DNA from: a bacterium
GTDB lineage: Bacteria > Patescibacteriota > Microgenomatia > Daviesbacterales > UBA10151
Direction of reading: 5' to 3'
NCBI GenBank assembly: GCA_021786315.1
Contig: JAJYNN010000002.1
Location: 166,160-202,401 of the forward strand
DNA: 36,242 bases
The translations under genes and the position numbers were made by a program. Below, in pieces: positions 8,150-15,504 of the stretch. The notes below the pieces were generated by a model. It saw nothing but the letters and a program-made list of their open reading frames with translations. It searched no databases and was not told where the DNA came from. Every line of letters begins with the position of its first letter. Position 1 is the stretch's first letter.

Positions 8150-8550
8150 GATGTTTAATTTTGGCCAAAAGTCAAAGGGGAGACTCACCAGAATTGCCCA
8201 AAAACGGATTGATCCGGGTTTGGAGCAAGTGAGAAAACTTTTGACGAGCAGCGACCAAAGGTTAATTCTGATGGTTCGAGGCTAAATCAAATTATAGGGG
8301 AGACATCGAAAAAGGTTCCTTGGAAGCAGACGGACCAAGGAATCTTTTTCGAGTACATTAAAAAAGACCACAAAAAAGAGCATTTAGATAGTTACTACCC
8401 GCCAGCAACTGCGTAGCTGTGGGCGGGGAACTATCGCAAGGCTCTTTTATTTGAGCACAAAAAAGAGCATTACTACCGCAGACGGACTCGAATAGCAATG
8501 CCCTTTATTAATTTCGAGAAGATGATTTTCGAGCAGAAAAATCATCTTTC
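8150..8550 (+). ncRNA. Candidate small RNA locus: a series of long hairpins downstream of the 8115 promoter
   Basis: Four hairpins: 8171-8245 (nested helices), 8306-8352 (18-bp stem), 8374-8448 (24 bp in 4 helices) and 8518-8549 (10-bp AT-rich stem followed by TTTC). No ORF of 60 aa or more. Confidence 0.4.
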
Positions 8551-8632
8551 TAAATAATAAGATTTCACATTTTGGAAGTCTTGTCAATAGGTCTTTTTAG
8601 GGAAAAAGGGAGTTGGGATTGTGATTTAGGTC

Positions 8633-8663
8633 GGGAATCCATCTAGGGCAGGGATGGGTTCCC
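8633..8663 (+). promoter_or_regulatory. Conserved hairpin with a GGGCAG loop upstream of the first LPxTG gene
   Basis: gggaatccatc-tagggcagg-gatgggttccc. A counterpart at 15454-15482 has compensatory stem changes. Confidence 0.45.
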
Positions 8664-8725
8664 AACTTGAGTCATAATCCCTTTTTTGTTTCTTAACCCA
8701 TAACCTCAAACACCCCAGATTTTAT

Positions 8726-8754
8726 TTGACAATGTGTGTGTCTTATAGTATTAT
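8726..8754 (+). promoter_or_regulatory. Sigma-70-like promoter abutting the A1 start codon
   Basis: TTGACA (8726-8731), 17-nt spacer, TATTAT (8749-8754), then 7 nt to ATG 8762. Confidence 0.55.
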
Positions 8755-8761
8755 AACTTCA

Positions 8762-9655
8762 ATGAAACGAGCAGTTCTTGCCTCTATTGCTTTAATTGCA
8801 GGCTCATTAGCCTTTGCCGGCGGTGTCAAAGCCGGTCTAGTCCCATATTTTGGTGGTGAATATACCAACCTTTACGGTTCAGGTACTAGCGCCACTGTCC
8901 ATACTGGCACCAATTGTGATCCTAATTCTGGTAGCTGTAGCGGTCCCGCGGTTTATAAGTACGTTTGTGATGGCCGCACTACCGACTGCCGTTCCAATGA
9001 AAGTTTTGGCACCAGCGGAAGCGTTTACACCTCTGAGTGCAACAAAACTGTCCAATTAGACGTCTTTAGCGGAAGCTGCAGGGGGGATAATAACCAATGG
9101 AACTGCGGCGACAATTCACTTATAGATTACATGGTTTGGTATTCCGGAGCTTGCAGTGCTCCGGCTCCTACTGCCGTGCCGACTGCAGTTCCGACCATCC
9201 CGGTAATCGTGGCTACACCAACCCCTACCCCTATAGTTGAAGCTCCTGCGCCTATAACTACCCAGGAATGTCCTGCCGGTACAGTTTACGGGGGAATTTC
9301 CGGATCCAATATTATTTGTGTCCAGCAGGTCCAAGAGCAGACCCAAAACGCCGTGGCCAACGCCAACGCAGCTACCGGAGCTATCACTATCAATGTCCCC
9401 AACAATAACTCACCGGTTATCCGTTCAGTCAGTTTTGTAGTTCCTACTCCACAAGTAGTTTTGGCTGCTACTGAGCAAAAAACTGCTGTAGTGACCACTA
9501 CCGAGCTTCCTAAGACCGGTTTACCATTTGCCGCCTGGGGTTTAACCGGCTTGGCTCCTGTAGGTTTTGGGCTGAGAAAATTCGGCGCCTTTAAGAAACT
9601 TGGCGCTGATACCGCTTCCTTCATCTGGCAGAAACGGGAGTTCGAAAGGAACTAA
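8762..9655 (+). CDS. Secreted Cys-rich LPxTG-type surface protein, paralog A1
   Basis: Signal peptide MKRAVLASIALIAGSLAFAGGVKA, Cys-rich head, PT linker, CPAG..GSNIICVQQ..QNAVANANAATGAITINVP module, then LPKTG + TM + RKFG + FIWQKREFERN tail. ATG 8762 is preferred over TTG 8726, which is the promoter -35 box itself. Confidence 0.8.
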   Translation: MKRAVLASIALIAGSLAFAGGVKAGLVPYFGGEYTNLYGSGTSATVHTGTNCDPNSGSCSGPAVYKYVCDGRTTDCRSNESFGTSGSVYTSECNKTVQLDVFSGSCRGDNNQWNCGDNSLIDYMVWYSGACSAPAPTAVPTAVPTIPVIVATPTPTPIVEAPAPITTQECPAGTVYGGISGSNIICVQQVQEQTQNAVANANAATGAITINVPNNNSPVIRSVSFVVPTPQVVLAATEQKTAVVTTTELPKTGLPFAAWGLTGLAPVGFGLRKFGAFKKLGADTASFIWQKREFERN

Positions 9656-9661
9656 CCTCCT

Positions 9662-10528
9662 ATGTCTAGAGAATCTGAGCAGAGATTCCAAAAAGCTATT
9701 GTTGTGGGAAGAATTGCCTCAGCTGTAGTGGCTCCTGCAATACCTTTAGTGCTTCCACATTTTGTTAATGCTGATACTTCCGCTTCCAGTTCCCATACTT
9801 ACAATATCGGCAGTGAGTCACCGGTAGAGAAGCTGATGCGTGAGCTGGGTGTGGTAAGTGTTGCTGAAGCTGCTGATCCAGTATGCACTTTAAGAGAGGT
9901 GGAAATTGCCGGTGATAAACTAAAGAAAAATCCCCGCACCGGACAAAATTTTGGCGTTTTTGTTGTTGGCAGGGATAAAAAAACCGTTCTTGCCCAAAGT
10001 CGATTAGATGATCAAGGACATGCCAGTATACGCTCTATTACTGCTGCTTGTGATATGGAGAATGGGACAGCTTTAGGTTATTGGGTTTTTCTTGAGGACA
10101 GAGATAGACAGGGGAAAGAATTTGTTACGCCGAATAACGCTAAAGAACAAATAGACTCCGCTCTAATAGCGTTATCCACCGATTTTGAGCCTAAGACACC
10201 TCCCTTACCAACTGTAACCCAGGCTGCTAGTAAATTAGAGCCTACTACCACTCCAACAAAGACTCCGGTTGTTGGACCTGTTAGACCGGTTGCGACTGTA
10301 ACACCTGCTCCAAGCGGACCAGTTGGTCCAAGAAATCCCGGAACTGGGCGAACGGATTGGCAGCAAACACTCCTTGATTTCGTTGATACTCCAGCTCGGA
10401 TCCTTGCTCCGAATGCCAACTCAGGAACCAAAGTGTGGATAGATATTTTGGGAGACATCATCCTGCTAAGTGGTGTAGGCTTTGTTGCTGCGGGGATGGT
10501 TTGGGGAATCAGAAGGATTTTTCATTAA
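9662..10528 (+). CDS. Membrane protein B1 (N-terminal signal/anchor, Pro-rich segment, C-terminal TM), partner of A1
   Basis: N-terminal hydrophobic IASAVVAPAIPLVLPHFVNA and C-terminal TM ILGDIILLSGVGFVAAGMVWGIRRIFH. Starts 6 nt after the A1 stop. Confidence 0.7.
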   Translation: MSRESEQRFQKAIVVGRIASAVVAPAIPLVLPHFVNADTSASSSHTYNIGSESPVEKLMRELGVVSVAEAADPVCTLREVEIAGDKLKKNPRTGQNFGVFVVGRDKKTVLAQSRLDDQGHASIRSITAACDMENGTALGYWVFLEDRDRQGKEFVTPNNAKEQIDSALIALSTDFEPKTPPLPTVTQAASKLEPTTTPTKTPVVGPVRPVATVTPAPSGPVGPRNPGTGRTDWQQTLLDFVDTPARILAPNANSGTKVWIDILGDIILLSGVGFVAAGMVWGIRRIFH

Positions 10529-10530
10529 TT

Positions 10531-11439
10531 ATGAAAAAGATATTATTGACCATTATTGCTTTAACTTTGATTTTGGTTTTTAAAAGCCCTAGTTCAGTTT
10601 TGGCTTTTGATTTACCCGATGGTGATGTATGGGGTGATGGAGGAGTGGCTTGTAATGAAGTTAAAAGAACCCCCTATCCTCAATGTGCCGGTACTGTTGG
10701 TTTAGAGGATAAAACGAAATATTCTGTGGGAGATACAATCTTAGTAACCCCAATCGAAGATTGTTATGGGAACCTCATCCGTTATGACACTCAAAATTAT
10801 GGAAACTTAGGTCAGTGTGGTGTGCCTGCTCCGGGAACCGGAAGCACGGGATCTCCTTCTACAGTAGTCTCTGCTCCGGGTAGCGGCAGTCCGATGACCA
10901 TTCCGGTGGTAGTGGCTCCTTCCCAAAACCAAGAATCAATGTCCATTCCAATAGTTGTGGCTCCGGCAGCCCCTAACCAAAATCAAAACACTACACCAAA
11001 CCAGGGTACTGTCCCTGGTGTAACTCCCACACCAACTTTGGGGGTTGTTTCTCCTGTAACTTCTAATATCCAGTCTTGTCCGGCCGGCACCGTTTGGGGT
11101 GGGGTAGAGGGCTCAAATATCATCTGTGTCCAGCAAAACCAATCCCAGACCCAAAATGCCGTGGCCAATGCCAACGCTTATACTGGTGCCATCACTATCA
11201 ATGTCCCCAATACCCAAAGCGGACCCCGGGTAGTGGAGAGTGTTAAAGTCCTGCCGGCCCAAAATGTCGTTTTGGCCGGGACAACCACCCTTCCGAAAAC
11301 CGGGTTGCCGTTTGCCGCCTGGGGTTTAACCGGACTTGCGCCTTTGGGGTTTAAGTTGCGCCGGTTTGGCGATTTAACTAAACCGGGTACAGGACTTGCT
11401 CAATATCTCTGGCAAAGCCGGGAATTTAACCGAGGCTAA
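10531..11439 (+). CDS. Secreted LPxTG-type surface protein, paralog A2
   Basis: Signal peptide MKKILLTIIALTLILVFKSPSSVLA, CPAGTVWGGVEGSNIICVQQ..QNAVANANAYTGAITINVP, then LPKTG + TM + YLWQSREFNRG. ATG lies 2 nt after the B1 stop, so the 10435 extension is rejected. Confidence 0.8.
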   Translation: MKKILLTIIALTLILVFKSPSSVLAFDLPDGDVWGDGGVACNEVKRTPYPQCAGTVGLEDKTKYSVGDTILVTPIEDCYGNLIRYDTQNYGNLGQCGVPAPGTGSTGSPSTVVSAPGSGSPMTIPVVVAPSQNQESMSIPIVVAPAAPNQNQNTTPNQGTVPGVTPTPTLGVVSPVTSNIQSCPAGTVWGGVEGSNIICVQQNQSQTQNAVANANAYTGAITINVPNTQSGPRVVESVKVLPAQNVVLAGTTTLPKTGLPFAAWGLTGLAPLGFKLRRFGDLTKPGTGLAQYLWQSREFNRG

Positions 11440-11512
11440 AGCTAACACTTCTAATAAAGTTATTACCTTTTCTTTCCTCTCCTCTTAAGATTATGGGTTA
11501 AGCTTGTAACTT

Positions 11513-12946
11513 GTGAAAGAGAGATCTGTTGGGCGTATAGTCAGCAGGGCGGTTGCCGTGGGGGCAATAACCGTAGGAATGGGGGCTTATGACTATCTCC
11601 ACCCTCCGGTAACGGATGCCGCCCCTGATCCCTTAAGCCCTGCTTCCACCTCCCGCCAATTCCGGGACTGTCTGACCGGTTTCCGGGTGATTTTACCTGC
11701 AGGCACCAGGGCGACCATCGATATGGAAGATGTAGCAACGGGCGAGAGGGTGGCTTCCCAAAGCGTAATTAACGACCAAAAAGTTTCCTTTAACGTCAAC
11801 TCCAACACCACTATGCCCGATGGGCGTCCGGGTTTTAGGGGCAGAATCTTTAACGATGCCATTCCGGAGACAAAACTGGATACCCTGGCTGCCTGTGGGG
11901 AGAGGGCGGTTGTCGAGTTTGGCCGAAGTCCGGGGGTCCCTCCTATCACACCTCCCGGAATTCCTACCCCCATCAATCCTTTTCCTCCCGGCCCGGAAAA
12001 TCCGGACATTAATATCAATTCCAACAGGGTGGATGTTAATGCTTCAAGCGTGGTGATTACCGCCACCAACCCGTTTACCGGAACCGGGACAACTATTGAA
12101 GCAGGGACTGCCGACAGCGGCGAAAATTTCCGCCGGTGGTGGTGGCTGCCGGCCAGTATTATAACTGCCGGCTTTTTGGCTGGCTGGTGGCATGTTTTGG
12201 GTGGAGGGAGAGAGACAGTGGTAGTCAGAAGACCTTACCCGCCAGGTGAAGCCCCGTCCCGGGCTCCGGGTGAACCAGTTCCCCCCCGCGGGCCTTATCC
12301 TCCGGAAAGGACTGCCCGCCCGGTGGTTGTCCCCGAAAAAGGAAGAAGGAGATGGAGGTGGCCTTGGGAAAAGAGGGAAGCGGTTGACGAAGAGACAATC
12401 AGGGAAACCGAAGTTCAAAAAACCACCGGCGAGAAAACGGCCGGTGTTAAAACCACGGAAAAGACTGTCAGGGTAGAGGACACGCAAAAGGAGAATGCTG
12501 ATTTGAAAAAAGACATCCAGACCAAGGATATCGCTGTCCAGAACTTGGAAAAGCAAAACCAAAACCAGAAAAAGATGATTGAGGAAACTATTGTATCCAA
12601 ACAGGATGTCCAGTCAAAGTTGGATGAGAAGGAAGAGGAGAACAGGAAGCTGAAGGCGACGATAGATAAGTTAAAGAAGACTCCGGGGAGTGCGGCGGCG
12701 AAAGAGCCAAAAGTCGCCAAGGAAACGGCCGGTAAAAATGCCGGGAAGGGAGCTGCCGGGAGGGGTAAAGAGCCTGCGAAGACGCAAACCAAGGCTGCCG
12801 GAAGCACAAACAAGGCTGTAGCCCAGGCAGGGCAGACAATAGAAAAGGCCGGAGAAAAAATATCCAAAGCCGGAGAAAAGATTGAAAAAACAGAGGAGAA
12901 AAGGACTGGCGGAACGAGGAGGCGACAAGGGAGAGGCCCGGCATGA
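11513..12946 (+). CDS. Bitopic membrane protein B2: exported domain, Trp-rich TM, Arg/Pro-rich then coiled-coil Lys/Glu-rich cytoplasmic tail
   Basis: GTG start. N-terminal anchor IVSRAVAVGAITVGMGAY, mid TM WWWLPASIITAGFLAGWWHVLGG, and a heptad-like ENADLKKDIQTKDIAVQNLEKQNQNQKKMIEE...KLKATIDKLKK. The TGA stop overlaps the A3 start (ATGA). Confidence 0.7.
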   Translation: MKERSVGRIVSRAVAVGAITVGMGAYDYLHPPVTDAAPDPLSPASTSRQFRDCLTGFRVILPAGTRATIDMEDVATGERVASQSVINDQKVSFNVNSNTTMPDGRPGFRGRIFNDAIPETKLDTLAACGERAVVEFGRSPGVPPITPPGIPTPINPFPPGPENPDININSNRVDVNASSVVITATNPFTGTGTTIEAGTADSGENFRRWWWLPASIITAGFLAGWWHVLGGGRETVVVRRPYPPGEAPSRAPGEPVPPRGPYPPERTARPVVVPEKGRRRWRWPWEKREAVDEETIRETEVQKTTGEKTAGVKTTEKTVRVEDTQKENADLKKDIQTKDIAVQNLEKQNQNQKKMIEETIVSKQDVQSKLDEKEEENRKLKATIDKLKKTPGSAAAKEPKVAKETAGKNAGKGAAGRGKEPAKTQTKAAGSTNKAVAQAGQTIEKAGEKISKAGEKIEKTEEKRTGGTRRRQGRGPA

Positions 12947-13812
12947 AGCTATTATTGGGGTTTTTAGTACTAATTTTAGGGTCTATTCCAACTACCGCCT
13001 TTGCCCAGCAGATAGGTACGGAACCGATAGACGGAACAGATTTGGTGCCGATTGCCCAAGTAGACAGCAATCCTTTTTCGGGAACGGACTTGGTGCCAAT
13101 TGGCCAGGTGGGGACAGAGCCTATTTCGGGAACTGGGGTGATCCCTGTGGGACAAGTGGGGACGGAAGTAATTCCTACGCCTATACCTCAGCCCCCGGTG
13201 ATCCAACCGCCCCCGGTGGTGGTTGTGCCTCAGCCGCTTCCCGCCCCCATTCCTATCAACAACACTTTTAATCCGACGATAAATAACTCACCCGCTTTTA
13301 ATAATGCCGTGGATATCAGTAATACGCTGGCCCAGGCTCAGTCCCAAAGGCAGGGCCAAAATGCCATTGCCAATGCCAATGCCAGAACAGGCCCCATCAC
13401 CATTAATGCCCCGGCTGCTCAGCCCCAGGTCGTGACTGCGGTCCAGCCGGTCCAACCCATACAAACTGTCCAGAGTGTTCCGGTGCAGGTAGTCCAAAGT
13501 GTTCCCCAGCCGGCGGAAACCATTCCGATTGTGGTGGCTCCGGCGACCCAGACTGTCCCGGTGCAAACTACCCAGCAGGTCCAAACAACGCCTGTTACCC
13601 AGGTAGCCCAAAAGACTCCGGTGGTAACTTCCACAGGAACTGCTCCGGTGGCGGTCCAGCAGCTGCCCCAAACCGGGCCTCCCGCAGCAGCCTGGGCGCT
13701 TTCAGGATTGATCCCCTTCGGGTTACGGTTACGCAGCTTTGGCAAAAAAGTTCAGGGGGATGAAAACAACCCCAGCTTTATCTGGCAAAAAAGGGAATTT
13801 GATAAAAATTAA
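12943..13812 (+). CDS. Secreted LPxTG-type surface protein, paralog A3
   Basis: Signal peptide MKLLLGFLVLILGSIPTTAFA, GT(E/D)(P/L)I repeats, QNAIANANARTGPITINAP, then LPQTG + TM + FIWQKREFDKN. Confidence 0.8.
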   Translation: MKLLLGFLVLILGSIPTTAFAQQIGTEPIDGTDLVPIAQVDSNPFSGTDLVPIGQVGTEPISGTGVIPVGQVGTEVIPTPIPQPPVIQPPPVVVVPQPLPAPIPINNTFNPTINNSPAFNNAVDISNTLAQAQSQRQGQNAIANANARTGPITINAPAAQPQVVTAVQPVQPIQTVQSVPVQVVQSVPQPAETIPIVVAPATQTVPVQTTQQVQTTPVTQVAQKTPVVTSTGTAPVAVQQLPQTGPPAAAWALSGLIPFGLRLRSFGKKVQGDENNPSFIWQKREFDKN

Positions 13813-13880
13813 ATTCTCAATTTTAAATTTCTAATGAATTTTCGATGTCTTAATGTTTAAAAATTGGTAATTAAAAATTT
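13813..13880. repeat. AT-rich intergenic word-repeat block
   Basis: attctcaattttaaatttctaatgaattttcgatgtcttaatgtttaaaaattggtaattaaaaattt. Shares a ~37-nt segment with 3541-3577. Confidence 0.6.
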
Positions 13881-13987
13881 ACATAACCCTTACCCTATCT
13901 TGTCAGTCTTCTTAAAGAATATAGCTACTCTTGTCCTAAAGCTATTTAAGGATGATAGCTGAAATTTATTGCTTTTTCTTTTGATTT

Positions 13988-15352
13988 ATGGGTAGACAAG
14001 AACAAGGCCAAGAGCAGGAACCAACCATAGCTTCCGTTTACGGCATTAAAAAAGACAGGAGTTTCAAACACGGGGCTATAGTGGCCTTAAGAATATTTCT
14101 TGGCGGCGTTTTGGCGACGGAGTTTGCCGCTGCTTCCGGCTGGAATCCTTTTGATGTATTTAATACCCAGCCCGATACCACACCTCGTGTTGCCTCGACT
14201 GACCCGCCAAAGGCAACCCCGGAGGGGTGGAGTTTGGCAAATACCGCTACACCAACGGCAACCGGCACCGCTTTGGCGGTCGCATCTTTGGCCGGGGATT
14301 GGGTTTCAGCTGTCGGTTATGCTGCTCCCCGGGGCGCGGAAGATATCCATGAATCTTCGAACTTTATCAACTTGGATTGTAGCAATATCGGCAACGGTGA
14401 CCCGGCAACGCCGGAGGAGCTGGTCCAGTGCATCCAGCAGAGTACCCTGGAAAGGGGTTTCTTTGAAGCTGCCGGAGCCAATGTCGACGAGTTTGATACA
14501 AGCAACGTTTTGAGTAAGGTTGCCTATAAGGATTTGGCGGAAGATTTGGCGGCCAAGGATTTAATTGATGAAGAGGCGGCCCGGGATATTTTAGGGGTAG
14601 TGGGGGAGACTAGGACGATGACTTTTAGGAAAATTCTTTCTGAGGGGAAGATAGTTTTGGGAACTGCGCCGGTAACCTTAGTTGATTACCCGACGACCAG
14701 GCGTGATGAACTGGATGTCAATGAGCTGTTTTGGGAAGTGATCTTTCAGGCCGGGGACGTCCGGAAGCTGGCTTTTGTGGAGGATCTCTGTGAAAATCCG
14801 ATGGGACTTATTATTACTGCTCCCGAAGTTACTCCCACCCCGACGCCAACTCCGACAGAAATACCGCCGGCCCCCGGACCAGGACCCGGACCCGGCCCAG
14901 GACCAGAAGCCACCGCTACACCCCAAACACCACCTGGGCCAACGGCAACGCCAACCCGGGAAGCAACTGCTACCCCACAGCCGGTGCCGGAAACACCAAC
15001 TCCTACGCCGCCTACGGGGGCTCCAACTCCTACCCGCGAAGCCACTGCCACACCTCAGCCCCGGCCTGAAGTGACAGCCACCAGAGAGGCGACTGCCACC
15101 CCTCAACCTGTACCGGATACTCCGGTGCCTACCTCTGTGCCAACCAGGGAAGCAACTGCTACCCCTGATCCGCCAACTCCGGTTCCCACCACCGCTCCGG
15201 CCCCGACATCTGTTCCCACTTCTGCCCCGACGAAAGAACCCACCGCCGTTCCAATCCCCACGGCTGTGCCGACTTCTGCGCCGACTGCAGTCCCAACTAC
15301 CGCCCCGACAGCGGCGCCAACCAGGGAGCCTGGTGCCACCCCCAGCCATTAG
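13988..15352 (+). CDS. Membrane-anchored protein B3 with a long Pro/Thr-rich repetitive C-terminal half
   Basis: N-terminal TM GAIVALRIFLGGVLATEFAAA, a globular domain, (GP)x5, and four REATATP(Q/D)P repeats. Confidence 0.7.
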   Translation: MGRQEQGQEQEPTIASVYGIKKDRSFKHGAIVALRIFLGGVLATEFAAASGWNPFDVFNTQPDTTPRVASTDPPKATPEGWSLANTATPTATGTALAVASLAGDWVSAVGYAAPRGAEDIHESSNFINLDCSNIGNGDPATPEELVQCIQQSTLERGFFEAAGANVDEFDTSNVLSKVAYKDLAEDLAAKDLIDEEAARDILGVVGETRTMTFRKILSEGKIVLGTAPVTLVDYPTTRRDELDVNELFWEVIFQAGDVRKLAFVEDLCENPMGLIITAPEVTPTPTPTPTEIPPAPGPGPGPGPGPEATATPQTPPGPTATPTREATATPQPVPETPTPTPPTGAPTPTREATATPQPRPEVTATREATATPQPVPDTPVPTSVPTREATATPDPPTPVPTTAPAPTSVPTSAPTKEPTAVPIPTAVPTSAPTAVPTTAPTAAPTREPGATPSH

Positions 15353-15453
15353 GTGGCTCTTTCTCACAAGATTATTACATGAATTTTGTTTTATTTTTAT
15401 CTAGAGATAGTAATCTGATATCTAGCGAAGAAAGGAACATGAAAATTGTCTAG

Positions 15454-15482
15454 GGAGTTCATCCCGGGCAGTGATGAGCTCC
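15454..15482 (+). promoter_or_regulatory. Conserved hairpin with a GGGCAG loop upstream of the fourth LPxTG gene
   Basis: ggagttcatc-ccgggcagt-gatgagctcc, 22 nt upstream of ATG 15505. Counterpart of 8633-8663. Confidence 0.45.
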
Positions 15483-15504
15483 TTAAACAATCTTCATATA
15501 TATA

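Noticed and set aside
8150-8550. The hairpin-rich noncoding region considered as tmRNA, RNase P RNA, SRP RNA or 6S RNA
   Set aside because: It has no GGAAAGUCC/RNase P core, no tRNA-like acceptor with a tag ORF, and no SRP domain IV GGAA tetraloop with the symmetric AGCA loop context. The first hairpin is loosely 6S-like in shape only. It is left as an unclassified candidate.
8726-8761. Upstream TTG/GTG-extended starts from the ORF track (8726, 10435, 3606, 2326, 1310, 31066)
   Set aside because: The extensions lack signal-peptide logic and overlap promoters or the preceding gene. Internal ATGs give canonical signal peptides or domain starts.
12944-12946. Possible alternative genetic code (UGA recoding, as in some CPR lineages)
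   Set aside because: TGA functions as the stop of B2, and long ORFs are free of in-frame TGA, so the standard bacterial code fits.
14678-15367. 229-aa minus-strand Arg/Gly/Ser-rich ORF, plus other antisense ORFs at 12044-13070, 13288-13745 and 4051-4272
   Set aside because: These are antisense shadows of Pro/Thr/Ala-rich low-complexity coding regions (B3, B2, A3, the response-regulator tail). They open long frames because of composition alone and have no start context.
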